Of a DNA stretch of 64,000 nt, positions 37,302 through 50,200 are shown piece by piece. The first letter of the stretch is position 1, and every line of letters starts with the position of its first letter. This DNA is from Somniosus microcephalus (lineage: Eukaryota): contig CM126204.1 in NCBI GenBank assembly GCA_052327205.1, forward strand, positions 158,410,001-158,474,000, written 5' to 3'. Under the pieces are notes generated by a model, which was given only the letters and a program-made list of their open reading frames with translations, was not told the DNA's origin and made no database searches. The position numbers and the translations under genes were made by a program.

Positions 37302-38052
37302 GTTTTTGTGCAATTTATTGGATAAGGATTGAGGATCTCTTCAGTATTAAAGTGCAAAGGAAGTTGTGGAAGTATTCACGCGTGATTGCCAACATCCTTA
37401 GGTCACATCTGCAGGCCAACACTCTTCTTGCTGATAATCAAGTTCAGGCATGAGAATGGACACTTAGACAAAGCACCATAGAGCCTCAGAGCTGATACCA
37501 CAGCTTTAATGACTGTATCCAGAAGAGGAGAGGTAAAGGAGACACCTAGAGGGAACATTGGAGGACGGGAAGAAAAACCACAATTTATGTCATTAATTAA
37601 ACAAATATGAATTAGAATATTTTAAAAGACAAAAATGAAGTGTGTCTCAGTGCGATTTATATTATCATATTATTGTTTACTAACAACTGAGAAAATGATT
37701 GCCATTAAGATGATTCATATGATATTGTTGGTGTGTGACTAAATGATTTCTCTGAAATGCCCACATCTGGACAGCCACAAGGACACAGACATTGCAAACA
37801 AATAGTTTCACTCAATCCATTTGATTGGGTTGTGGACTTTACCTGTGTACCTTTGTGTTTCACAAACGCATGAAAATAATTTCTTAAAACTGTTCCTGCC
37901 TTTTGGGGGATATGCTTGATTATACTGTAGAATAATGTAGGGCTGCAGAGAGACCTACTGATGTTGTCAAGCATGCATCATTATTTCCACAACATTCTTT
38001 GTACTTTAATACTAAACTGATCCTCGATCCTAATCTAATAAACAGTACAAAA
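37302..38052. repeat. Diverged inverted repeat with ~115-125 bp arms
   Basis: 37303-37425 aligns by eye to the reverse complement of ~37931-38052 (e.g. CAGTATTAAAGTGCAAAG vs TAGTATTAAAGTACAAAG). Confidence 0.8.
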
Positions 38053-38397
38053 ATTCTTGATTCTTAAGTGTCGAGCAGATGCCATTAGACAGCTATAGTT
38101 CCACTTAATGCAGAAACAAATTTGGAGGTTGACAGCATGATGGCACAACGTGTTAGAACGCACTGTGCTCTGGAGTGATAGATCACGTGCTCATGCCCAC
38201 AGTTGCTCACACTGAGTTTTTGATATCAAGCATACTGAAATAATACTGCCATAGGGAGGTGAAGGAGGATAGCACCATCACCAAAGAGAAGGAGGAAAAA
38301 AAATTGAAGGCAGAGTCACCTTGAGCATTCTCCCAGCATTTTCAGAGGCCTGGGAACAGGTAGACTGCTCTCCCTCCTGGCACTGGACTGCGGGTGA

Positions 38398-41300
38398 GAA
38401 ACATAGAAACATAGAAGATAGGAGCAGGAGTAGGCCATTCGGCCCCTCGAGCCTGTTCTGCCATTTAATGAGATCATGGCTGATCATCCAAATTCTCCCC
38501 ATATCCCTGCTTTCTCCCCATATCCCTTGATCCATTTAGCCTTAAGAAATATATCTAACTCCTTCTTGAATATATTTAATGAATTGGCCTCAACTGCCTT
38601 CTGTGGTAGAGAATTCCACAGGTTCACCACTCTCTGGTTGAAGAAATTCCTCCTCATCTCAGTCCTAAATGGCTTACCCCTAATCCTTAGACTGTGACCC
38701 CTGGTTCTGGACTCCCCCGCCATCGGGAACATCGTTCCTGCATCTAGTCTGTCTAGTCCTGTTAGAATTTTATAAGTTTCAATGAGATCCCCTCTCATTC
38801 TTCTAAACTCTACCGAATTTAAGTCTAATCGACCCAATCTCTCCTCATATGTCATTCCCGCCATCCCAGGTATCAGTCTGGTGAATCTTCGCTGCACTCT
38901 CTCTATGGCAAGAACATCCTTCCTCAGATAAGGCGACCAAAACTGCACACAATACTCAAGGTGTGGTCTCACCAAGGACCTGTACAACTGCAGCAAGACA
39001 TCCTTGCTCCTGTACTCGAATCCTCTCGCTATGAAGGCCAACATACCATTTGCCTTCTTAACCGCCTGCTGCACCTGCATGCTTACCTTCAGCGACTGGT
39101 GCACAAGGACACCCAGGTCTCGTTGCACTTCCCCTTTTCCCAATCTATTGCCGTTCAGATAATAATCTGCCTTCCTGTTTTTGCCACCGAAGTGGATAAC
39201 CTCGCATTTATCCACATTATACTGCATTTGCCATGCATCTGCCCAATCACCCAACCTGTCCAAATCATACTGGAGTTTCTCTGCATCCTCCTCACAGCAA
39301 ACACACACACCCAGCTTTGTGTCATCTGCAAACTTGGAGATATTACATCTAGTTTCCTCGTCTAGATCATTTATATATATTGTGAATAGCTGGGGTCCTA
39401 GCACCGATCCCTGCGGTACCCCACTAGTCACTGCCTGCCACTCGGAAAAAGACCCGTTTATTCCAACTCTTTTCTTCCTGTCTGCCAACCAGTTCTCTAT
39501 CCAGGACAGTACCTTACCCCCAATCCAGTGTGCTTTAACTTTGCACGCAAATCTCTTATGCGGGACCTTATCGAAAGCCATCTGAAAGTCCAAATACACC
39601 ACATCCACTGGTTCTCCCTTATCTATTCTACCAGTTACATCCTCAAAAAATTCCAGTAGATTAGTCAAGCATGATTTACCTTTTGTAAATCCATGTTGAC
39701 TTTGTCCGATCCTGTCACTGTTTTTCAAGTGCTCTGCTGTTACATCTTTTATAATGGACTCCAGCATTTTCCCCACTACTGATGTCAGACTTACCGGTCT
39801 ATAATTCCCCATTTTCGCTCTACCACCTTTTTTTTAAATAGTGGGGTTACATTAGCTATCCTCCAATCCATGGGAACTGTTCCAGAGTCTATAGAATTTT
39901 GGAAAATGACCAGCAATGCATCTACTATTTCTAGGACCACTTCCTTAAGTACCCTAGGATGTAGATTATCAGGCCCTGGGGATTTATCGGCCTTCAATCC
40001 CATCAATTTCCCTAACACCATTTCCCTACAAATACTGATTTCATTCAATTTCTCCCTCTCATTAGACCCTATGTACCCCACTATCTCTGGGAGGTTATTT
40101 GTGTCCTCCTTTGTGAAGACAGAACCAAAGTATGTATTTAATTGGTCTGCCATTTCTTTGTTCCCCAGTATAAATTCCCCTGATTCTGACTGGAGGGGCC
40201 CTACGCTTGACTTCACCAATCTCTCTTCACATATCTATCGAAGCTTTTACAGTCAGTTTTTATGTTCCCTGCAAGCTTACTTTCATAATCTATTTCCCCC
40301 CTCTTAATTAATCCCTTTGTCCTCCTTTGCTGAATCCTAATCTGCTCCCAATCCTCAGGTTTGCTGCTTTTTCTGGCCAAATTATATGTCCTCTCCTTGG
40401 ATCTTTTGCTATCCCTAATTTCCCTTATTAGCCACAGTTGAGTCACCTTTTTTGTTTTATTTTTATGCCAAACAGGGATAAACAAATTCTGTAGCTCATC
40501 CATGCGATCTTTAAATGTTTGCCATTCCAATCCACCGTCAACCCTTTAAGTAACGTTCCCCAATCCATCCTAGCCAACTCGTGCCTCATACCATCGTAGT
40601 TTCCTTTATTTAAATTCAGGACCCTAGTCTCTGAGTCAACTACTTCACTCTCCATTTTAATGAAGGATTCTATCATATTATGATCGCTCCTCCCGAAGGG
40701 GCCTCGCACAACATGATTGCTAATTAATCCTTTCTCATTACATAATACCCAGTCTAAGATGGCCTGATCTCTAGTTGATTCCTCGACATATTGGTCCAGG
40801 AAACCATCCCGTATACACTCCAGGAATTCCTCCTCCACAGTATTGTTACTAATTTGGTTAGCCCAATCAATATGTAGATTAAAGTCACCTATGATAACTG
40901 CTGTGCCCTTATTGCACGCGTCTCTAATTTCCCATTTAATGCCATCCCCAGCTTCAGCATTACTGTTTGGGGGTCTGTATACAACTGCCACTAACGTTTT
41001 CTGTCCCTTGGTATTTCTCAGCTCTGCCCATATAGATTCCACATCATCAGAGCTAATATCCTTCCTTACTATTGTGTCAATCTCCTCTTTAACCAGCAAT
41101 GCTACCCCACCTCCTTTTCCATTTTTCCTGTCCTTCCTGAATATTGAATACCCCTGGATGTTGAATTCCCAGACTTGGTCATCCTGGAGCCATGTCTCCA
41201 TAATCCCAATTATATCATATCTGTTTACATCTATTTGCGCAGCTAATTCATCCACCTTATTATGAATGCTCCTCGCATTAAGACACAAAGCCTTCAGGCT

Positions 41301-42500
41301 TGATTTTTTAACACTCTTAGTCTTTTTAGAATTATTATTTACTGTGGCCCTATTTGATTTACACCCTTGATTTCTCTGCCTTCCACTTTTGCTTTTCTCC
41401 TTCCTTTCTTTTGTTTCTATCCTTGCTTCCCTTTCCTTTGTCTCCCTGCACAGGTTCCCAAACCCCTGCCTCTTTGTTTAAACCCTCCCCAATAGCACTA
41501 GCAAACACTCCCCCTAGGACATCGGTTCCAGTCCCTCCCAGGTGCAAACCGTCCAGTTTGTACTGGTCCCACCTCCCCCAGAACCGGTTCCAATGTCCCA
41601 GGAATTTGAATCCCTCCCCCTTGCACCATTCCTCTAGCCATGTATTCATCTGAAATATCCTTCTATTTCTACTCTGACTAGCCTGTGGCATTGGTAGCAA
41701 TCCTGCGATTACTACCTTTGAGGTCCTATTTTTTAATTTACCTCCTAACTCCCTATATTCAGCTTTTAGGACCTCATCCCATTTTTTACCTATATCGTTG
41801 GTACCTATATGCACCACGACAACTGGCTGTTCACCCTCCCCCTCCAGAATGCCCTGCAGCTGCTCCAAGACATCCTTGACCCTTGCACCAGGGAGGCAAC
41901 ATACCATCCTGGAGTCTCATTTGTGGCCGCAGAAACGCCTATCTATTCCCCTTACAATAGAAGCCCCTATCACTATAGCTCTCCCACTTTTTTTCCTCCC
42001 GTCCTGTGCCGCAGGACCACCCATGGTGCCAGGAAGTTGGCTGTTGCTGCCTTCCCCTGATAAGCCATCCCCCTCAACAATATCCAAAGTGGTATATCTG
42101 TTTGAAAGGGGGATGGCCACAGGGGACACCTGCACTACCTGCCTGCACCTACTACTCTGCCTGGTGGTCACCCATTCCCTTCCTGCCTGTGCAGCCTTTA
42201 CCTGCGGTGTGACCAACTGATTAAACGTGATATCCACGACGTCCTCAGCATCGCGAATACTCCAGTATGTATCCATTCACAGCTCCAGCGCCGCAATGCA
42301 GTCTGTCAGTAGCTGCAGCTGGATACACTTCCCGCACACATGGTCATCAGGGACACAGGAAGTGTCCCTGATTTCCCACATAGTGCAGGAGGAGCATGCC
42401 ACGGGGCCGAGCTGTGCTGCCATGACTTACCCTTTAATTAATTCAAATTTAATTAAATCAATACCACTAATTACACTACAATTAAATGATATACTCAATA
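38398..42500 (-). mobile_element. Near full-length CR1, same family as 4422-8970, most of 5' UTR missing
   Basis: ORF1 remnants 42423-41475 (HIGTND, DGLHL), ORF2 41288-38484 in four pieces with intact FADD, tail AGAAACATAGAAACATAG at 38398. Confidence 0.95.
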
Positions 42501-43126
42501 GAGGGGAAGCGGAGAAAAAAAATAACTTAGTGGGAAAAGAAAAATAAGCTTGCAGCTTGTACACTTTGCTTGCTGTCTCTTGAGATCACAACATCTTAGT
42601 CAGACATTATTTCAAATGTATTATCAGTTCTGAATTATGGGACTTTAATTCCTCACCTCCCCCCTCAGATTTATTGTTTATTAGAGTAGTAATGTTGGTA
42701 AGTTTTTTTCAGTCATTTGTTTTAAAATGAAAGCTTGTCAGAAAATAGAGATTTTTGTTTTAAATAAATAAGTACATTACAATGAACCTTTGGAACTGGT
42801 GATGAATAGTACTGGTATAATATAAAATATTTACTGGTCATGCACTGCCTCTGTATATGACACGTTATATACCAGACTCTCAAGCAATGTGGTTTTAAAG
42901 ATCTGAAAGTTTGTCACACCCAATTTATATTTGTTAAACACAATTGACAAGGTATTGTAGAGAGTGACCATATTTTGGAAGGAAAGGATAGATGAAAGCC
43001 CACATCTGTAATCATTCTTACTAGTATCATACCATGCAGATAACAGGTAAAGTCTGAATTAAATGATCACACTTATCAATTAGCTGCTGCAATAAGTTAG
43101 CGCACTTTCATTTCTGGGATCTGTTT

Positions 43127-43465
43127 AACATACAAACATACAAAAATGTCAGGCAGGAAAAGACCAACTGGTCCATCTAACCTGTCCCATACAATCCTGA
43201 TGCCTTATGCATCGCTATACAGACACTCCCTACCCACCCGGAACCATGTAATCTCTTAGGAGAGGAGGAAAAACAATTAAAAACCCAGGACAATTAAGGG
43301 GGGGGGAAATCTGGAAAATTCCTCTCTGACCCCTTCAGGTGATCAAAAGTAGTCCAGGAGACCACATTGAAGCTGACTTATGGTACCTCTTGTACGAATT
43401 GATCTCCTCCCCAGCCAGAAACAGGCCCAGCTCTCACTTGAAGGAATTCAGTGAATCAGCATTCA
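43127..43465 (-). mobile_element. CR1-type 3' fragment of another family
   Basis: Tail AACATACAAACATAC followed by GGCAGGAAAAGACCAACTGGTCCATC 3' UTR motif. Confidence 0.65.
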
Positions 43466-43469
43466 CCAC

Positions 43470-43645
43470 ACGAATGTAGGAAACGCGGCAGCCAATTTGC
43501 GCGCTGCAAGGCCCCACAAATAACAATGTGATAATGGCCAGATAACCTGTCTTAGTGATGTTGGTTGAGGGATAAATATTGGCCAGAACACTGGGGAGAA
43601 CTCCCCTGTTGTTATTTGAAATAGCGCAATAGGACCTTTTACAAT
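43470..43645 (-). mobile_element. Deu-SINE central fragment
   Basis: GTAGGAAACGCGGCAGCCAATTTGCGC...GTTGGTTGAGGGATAAATATTGGCCAG matches other SINE copies. Confidence 0.8.
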
Positions 43646-44205
43646 AAGCAACAGCTAAGGATAGTGTAAGCCTTAAACTAAAACCTTAAGATATAAGAAC
43701 ATAAGAACATAAGAAATAGGAGCAGGAGTAGGCCAATCGGCCCCTCGAGCCTGCTCCGCCATTCAATAAGATCATGGCTGATCTGATCCTAACCGCCAAT
43801 CTACTATCACAGAACCATCTCCTGAATCTAACAGAATTAGACACACGAAATAGGAGCAGGATCAGGCTACACGGCCCCTGGGCCTGCTCCGCTACCCACA
43901 GGGCCATGACCGATCCGAACCTAGACTCATGTCCAAATTCCTGCCCGCTCCCCATAACCCTTTATTCCCTTTACTTCTAGGAAACTGTCTATTTCTGTTT
44001 TAAATTTATGTAATGATGTAGCTTCTACAGCTTTTTGGGGCAGCATATTCCATGGACCTACCACCCTCTGAGTGAAGTAGTTCCTCCTCATCTCAGTTTT
44101 GAAAGAACAGCCCCTTATTCTAAGACTATGCCCCCTAGTTCTAGTTTCACCCATCATCGGGAACATCCTCCCCGCATCCACCCGATCCAACCCCTTCACA
44201 ATCTT

Positions 44206-47200
44206 TGTAGTGGCGCTTCTTAGTTTCCAAACAGGCAGGCCACTGGGCTGTGGGGCTTTTAACATCGAGTAGACGCGTGTCGAAATAAAACGTTCCCAAA
44301 CGTAGCTTTGTCTTTTAAACTGTTTACTATAACACTTAACAAACAGAATTACAAAGCAAACACGTATAAACGAACACGGTCAAAAACTGTACTGCTCCAA
44401 ACCTCACAGCTTCTGCCTCTTTCACCACGTGCAGTTTAAAACTGTAAGATGGCTGCACCCATGTGTGGCTTAGGGACTGTTCCATTGTGGCAAGAATGAA
44501 GGGGGTGTCGGACTATACTACTGGAGCAAGAAAATAGGGGGTTTCTTAATACAATAAGTCGTTCAGGTAAATTAACTGTATTATGCCATTTAGCCACTAT
44601 TTTAAAGTATTTTCTTAAGCTTTTATGGCTCTTACATTCCGGCCCCTAATTGACTAGGCACATGAAGCATATCAATTACTCAAACATTAAGAGTCATAAA
44701 CTAATGAGTTCAACATATTTACAATACAAGTGTCCACTTTTTTCTTTCGTTCAGGAGCCTTTCACGCTGCTTCTTGTAGCAGGCAGAGCTTTGTGATCGG
44801 TCTCTCCAGGGTACTGGTCTTGGTTTGCAAACAGACGCGACGAACAACGCCTCTGGAGTCTGGCATGGTCTTAATTATTTTTCCCATCAACCAAGAATTT
44901 CTAGGGGCTGAATCATCCACAATTAAGACAATGTCTCCGATGATGAAGTTCCTCTTTATTTTGGACCATTTTTGACGCTCCTGTAGCAGAGGTAAGTATT
45001 CTCTTGTCCATCTGGTCCAGAAGAGGTCTGACATATACTGAACTTGCCTCCACTTCCGACGGGCATACAGATCTTCCTTTTTGAAGACTCCCGGGGGCAT
45101 GGCTGGCTGTGTTTTCAACAACAACAGGTGGTTCGGAGTCAGGGCTTCGAGGTCATTGGGATCATCTGATGTCTTAGTTATCGGTCGGTCATTAATGATG
45201 GCTTCGACCTCGCACAGAACGGTTTGGAGTCCCTCGTCGTCCAGCGCTTGCTGCTTCAGTACAGAACTGAGTAGTTTTCTTACGGTGCGTATCTGTCTTT
45301 CCCAGACACCTCCGTGGTGGGATGCAGCCAGAGGATTGAAGATCCACTTAATTCCTGTTTGCATCATGGCTTCCTGTATTTTAAGCTGATTCCAACCTTC
45401 AATAGCTTCCCGTAGTTCTCTCTCCGCTCCGACGAAATTAGTGCCATTATCAGAACGCATAATGGACACCTGTCCTCTTCTACAGACAAAGCGCCGCAAG
45501 GCGTTAATACAGGAATCAGTGTCAAGCGTGTGTGCCACCTCAATATGAACTGCTCTGATGGTCAAACAAGTGAAAAGCACACCATATCTCTTGACAAGGC
45601 TCCGTCCTCGCTTTACCTCGAAAGGCCCAAAATAGTCCACCCCTACGTTTGTAAATGGGGGCTTGTCTGGTAACAAACGGTCTTCAGGCAGGTCTGCCAT
45701 TTTCTGCTCCCCAGCTCTAGCGTGTAACCGTCTGCAAACAATACATTCAGAGAGTATTTTTCTTATTACGGAATTAGCTCCTGGAATCCAGTATCTTTGT
45801 CTTAGCTTCGCAAGCACGTGATTCCTCCCACTGTGTCCAATACTCTGGTGTATATGCTGAAGAATGAGAGTAGCAACCCGGAGGTCCTTCGAAAGGATAG
45901 CAGGATGCTTGGCCTCCTCTGGCATAGCAGATTTGTTTAGTCTCCCTCCCACCCTCAGTACTCCATCTTGCAGTGTAGGGTCCAGCTTGTAGATATGACT
46001 ACCTTTCTTGATTGGAGTATTTTGCTGTAGAGCTTCGGTTTCTTCTGGGTATCTTTGTCTTTGACTGAAGCAAACTATCTCCTTCTCAGCCTTGGCCAAA
46101 TCCTCCACGGTCAATGAATTCTTGCTCAATGTGGTCTTGTGCTGATGCATATACTGCTGTAGAAGCATTCTCTGCTTATCAGGGTTACTTTCAGACTGAC
46201 TGATAGTGGCTCGGTACTCTTTTCTCTTACCGCTCAGGTGTAGCAGCAACTCTTTCAACCTTAGAAACCATGCAACTGCTTTCCTCAACTGGTGCCATCC
46301 TGAGAAATGGTTAACAAGCTTGTTCACTGTGTCAAAGTTCTCTTTCGTAGTTATGAAATTTACTGTGACTGATCTCTTGACTTCGACGTCGTCTTCAGTA
46401 ATCTGACTTGGCATATCTGGTCTTTCTGGCCATGATCTCTCTGTTTCCAGCAGATAACTTGGGCCTTGTATCCAAGTTTCACTCCTCATGAAGTTTTCAG
46501 CCTTCAGTCCCCGTGAGGCTTGATCTGCTGGGTTTAATGAGGTGTTTACATACCTCCATTGAGATGGTTGTGTAGCTTCTCTAATGGATGAGATTCTGTT
46601 TGCTATGAAGGTCTTGAAGCGTATTTTCTCATTCTCTATATACTTCAGCACCGTCGTGCTATCCGTCCAGAAGACAGATTCTTCTAATGGGAGCTGTAAC
46701 TCTTTACGCATCACCTGGTCAACTTTAACTGCAACAACCGCTGCCGTCAATTCCAGTCTCGGGATGGTGACCTGCTTCAGCGGAGCCACCCTGGATTTTC
46801 CCATGAGGAAGGCACAATGTTTCTGGCCCTGTTGATTTGTCAGCAAGAGGTAGGTAGCCGTGCCATAGCCGTCCTCACTGGCGTCCGAGAAATGATGTAG
46901 TTGAGCCGTCTTTGTAACTCCAAAACTCGCGGGCTTGATGCATCTACTGACGTTGAAGCTAGAAAGTTGTTGCAGATCTGTCAGCCATCTGTGCCATCTC
47001 TGAGCTTGACCTTCTGGGATATCTTCATCCCATCCTCTCTTGTCTCTACACAGCTCTCGTAGCATTGGCTTCACCGGCAGAATGAGTGGTGCCAGGAATC
47101 CGAGAGGGTCGTAGATGGAACTGACCACGGAGAGAATCCCTCGTCTTGTGGATGGTCTTTCGTTCACCATTATCCTGAAGTTGAACGTGTCTGACTCGAT

Positions 47201-50200
47201 GCACCATTGTACACCAAGAGCTCTCTCGATAGGAAGGACATCGTGGCTCAGGTCCAGATCTTTGACTTCAGTGGCTCTTTCCTTTTCTGGGATAGAAGCT
47301 GGAACTGCTCTGCTATTGCTTATCCACTTAGTCAGGTGGAATCCTCCATTCGAACACAGAGTTCTAAGGTCTCTTGACAGTGCGATGGCATCGTCTTCTG
47401 TTGACACGGACTTCAGACAGTCATCGACATAAAAGTTTCTGAAGATTGTCTCCACAGCCTCGGATGGTGCTTTGCCCTTGCCATCTTCTGCAGTTTTTCT
47501 GAGAGCGTAGCTTGCACAGCTGGGAGATGATGTGGCTCCAAACAGGTGTACGGCCATTCTACATTCCACCATCGCTTCACTAACGTCGCCATCTGGCCAC
47601 CAAAGGAAACGCAGAAGATCAGCATCTTCGTCAGGGACTCTGACTTGGTAGAACATTGATTCTATGTCTGCCATCATGGCAACGAGCTCTTGTCTAAACC
47701 TAGTCAAGACGCCAATGAGGGTATTAGTAAGATCAGGACCTTGAAGCAGCTGGTCATTCAATGAAGTTCCTCTGAATGAGGCGGCGCAGTCAAACACTAC
47801 ACGGATCTTTTTCTTCTTTGGGTGATACACCCCGTGATGAGGAATGTACCAGACCCTTCCATCGTCTCTGTTCAACTGTTCTTCGGGCACTTTTACAGCA
47901 TAGCCTTTCGCTATGATGTTTCTCATGAAGTCTTTGTAGTCTTCGTGAAAGTCGGGGTTCTTGTTCAGCTTTCTCTTTAGACTGATGGCGCGTTGCTCTG
48001 CTATGCAGCGATTGTTCGGCATCTTCGCGGTCTGTCTTCTCAGTGGCAAACCAATGTGATAGTGGCCATCAATGAACTGTGTAGACCTTGTCATCAAACC
48101 CATGAACTGATGGTCTTCTTGTGACATCTCTGTCTTTTCCTCACGGCTGCGTTCTGAGAAGTCTGCGTTGAACTGCTGTATCAACAGCTCTTCAATGCTT
48201 GCGATAGAGATGCGATTAACTGTGACGTTTTGTCGTTCCTCCTTGTTCGACTTGTGGCCATCATCTCTCCTTACCGGTCCATTGATTACCCATCCAAGGG
48301 CTGTCCTGACGGCGTAGGGTCCGTCATCCTTGCTGTTTATCACCTGCCATGGCTCCATAGTTTTGTAGGCATTGGTTCCAATTAATAGGCCAATTTCTGC
48401 TTCAATGTATGGGAGACGCACCTTTTCTAGGTAGGGCCATCTATCCACATCCTTCTGCAGGGCTAGGTTCCCTATTCTAACAGGAATCTTCCTCTGTGTG
48501 AAAACATTAGGCAGGTCTATGAAGTCCTTCTCTTCAAGTCCACACACTTCTAGGTCTGACAGGATATAGCTTTGCATTGACTTCTCATGACCCATGGTGC
48601 GTAATATGATTTCTGTTCTTCTGCCTCTAACGTTCAGCTGTCGCATGAGTGATTCTGTGCAGAACGTTGCTGAACTACCTGGATCCATGAAGGCGTAAGT
48701 CTCCACAACCTTCTCACTCCTCTTAGACTTGATCCTTACTGGTACGATGGCAAGAATACAGGCACTGTCACCGGCCCCAGTGAGTCCACAAGTCTCTGGT
48801 TCTAGCGACACCAGAGCACTTGAAACAACCTTCTCGTCGGTATTGTTTTCTTCACTCTTCTTAGAGACTTGTTCTTCTTTATGGATATGCAGCAGACTGG
48901 GATGTTTCCGAGTGCACTCTCTGCATGTTGTTCTTTGCTTACAGTTTCTACTCAGGTGCCCCTGAGAGAGACATCCAAAACATAGGCCGTTGTACTTCAG
49001 GAATTCGATTCTGTCCTTATGTGGCTGTGCTTTGATGTCGCTGCAGAAATCCAATGTATGATTCTTTTGGCAGAATAAGCATGGCTTCTGAAAGGCATTA
49101 GCAGGCGTCACTGTGCTGCTCTTTTTGGGAGATGAGTTCTGGGGCCTTTCTTCCTCGGCCTGAGTGACGATAGTTGCAAAGCTGCTTCCCCTGGAACCAC
49201 CTTTCCTGAGAGTCTTTGATTCAGCAGGCTTGGCTTTCACTCTTCCATCGGTGGTCGGGCTGACATCCTGGATGTTTCCAAACAATGGGTCCCTAGCAAT
49301 TTTAGCCTGTTTGTCGATGAAATTCACTAAGTCTGCAAACCTGGCTCTACTTTTCCGTCTCTCCATTATCTCAAAGGCTGTTCTTCTCCATTGTTCTCTC
49401 ATCCTGTAAGGAAGCTTAGAGATGACGATTCTCATAGTCGTAGGATTGTCCATCTCTTCCATGAATTCAACACCCTCCATGGTGTTGCGACATCCTATGA
49501 GGAAGAGAACATATGCGTTCAATGCCTCTCCATCTTCCGATCTGATCTGTGGCCACTTGGTAGCCTTTTCGATATATGCAGTGGCTATCTTCAGCTCATT
49601 ACCATAGTGCTGCTGCAGCAACTTCCTGGCTTCTATGTATCCCCGGTCCGGTCTCATGTGTTCACAGCTTCTGACCAGGTCTTGTGGTTTACCACTGGTG
49701 TACTGTCCCAGGTAGTACAACTTATCACTGCTGCTCTCTGTCTTGGAGTCAATGGCTTGTTCAAAGGATCTGATGAAGGGCTTATACTTGAGTGGGTCGC
49801 CTTGGAACACTGGTATGTCTCTTTGAGGGAGTCGAAACAGATTCTGTTGTTTTACAAGCATCTCTGTAATTTCGTTCTGACGTTGCATCACTCGGTATAG
49901 GCTTCTCCCTGTGTCTTCAGGCCTCTGGTGGTCATCAGCAGGGTCTAGTCTAGACCGTCTGACGTCTGGGGTAGCATCACGTGCTCCTGTTAGTGGAGAG
50001 GCCACTCTTCCATGCTGTAATGCCGAGGAATTGCTTTCGGGCTCTGTTGTAACTCTTGAAGGTGCCCTGGATCCAACTCTATGTGGCAACGTTGACTGGC
50101 AGTGGCTCCCGCCGTCCCGTGAGCCTTCATAATCTTCGTACGCACTCAACCTGGCATCTGAGACCTCAATAGCTGTTTTCATCTCCAGCCGTTCTTTCTT

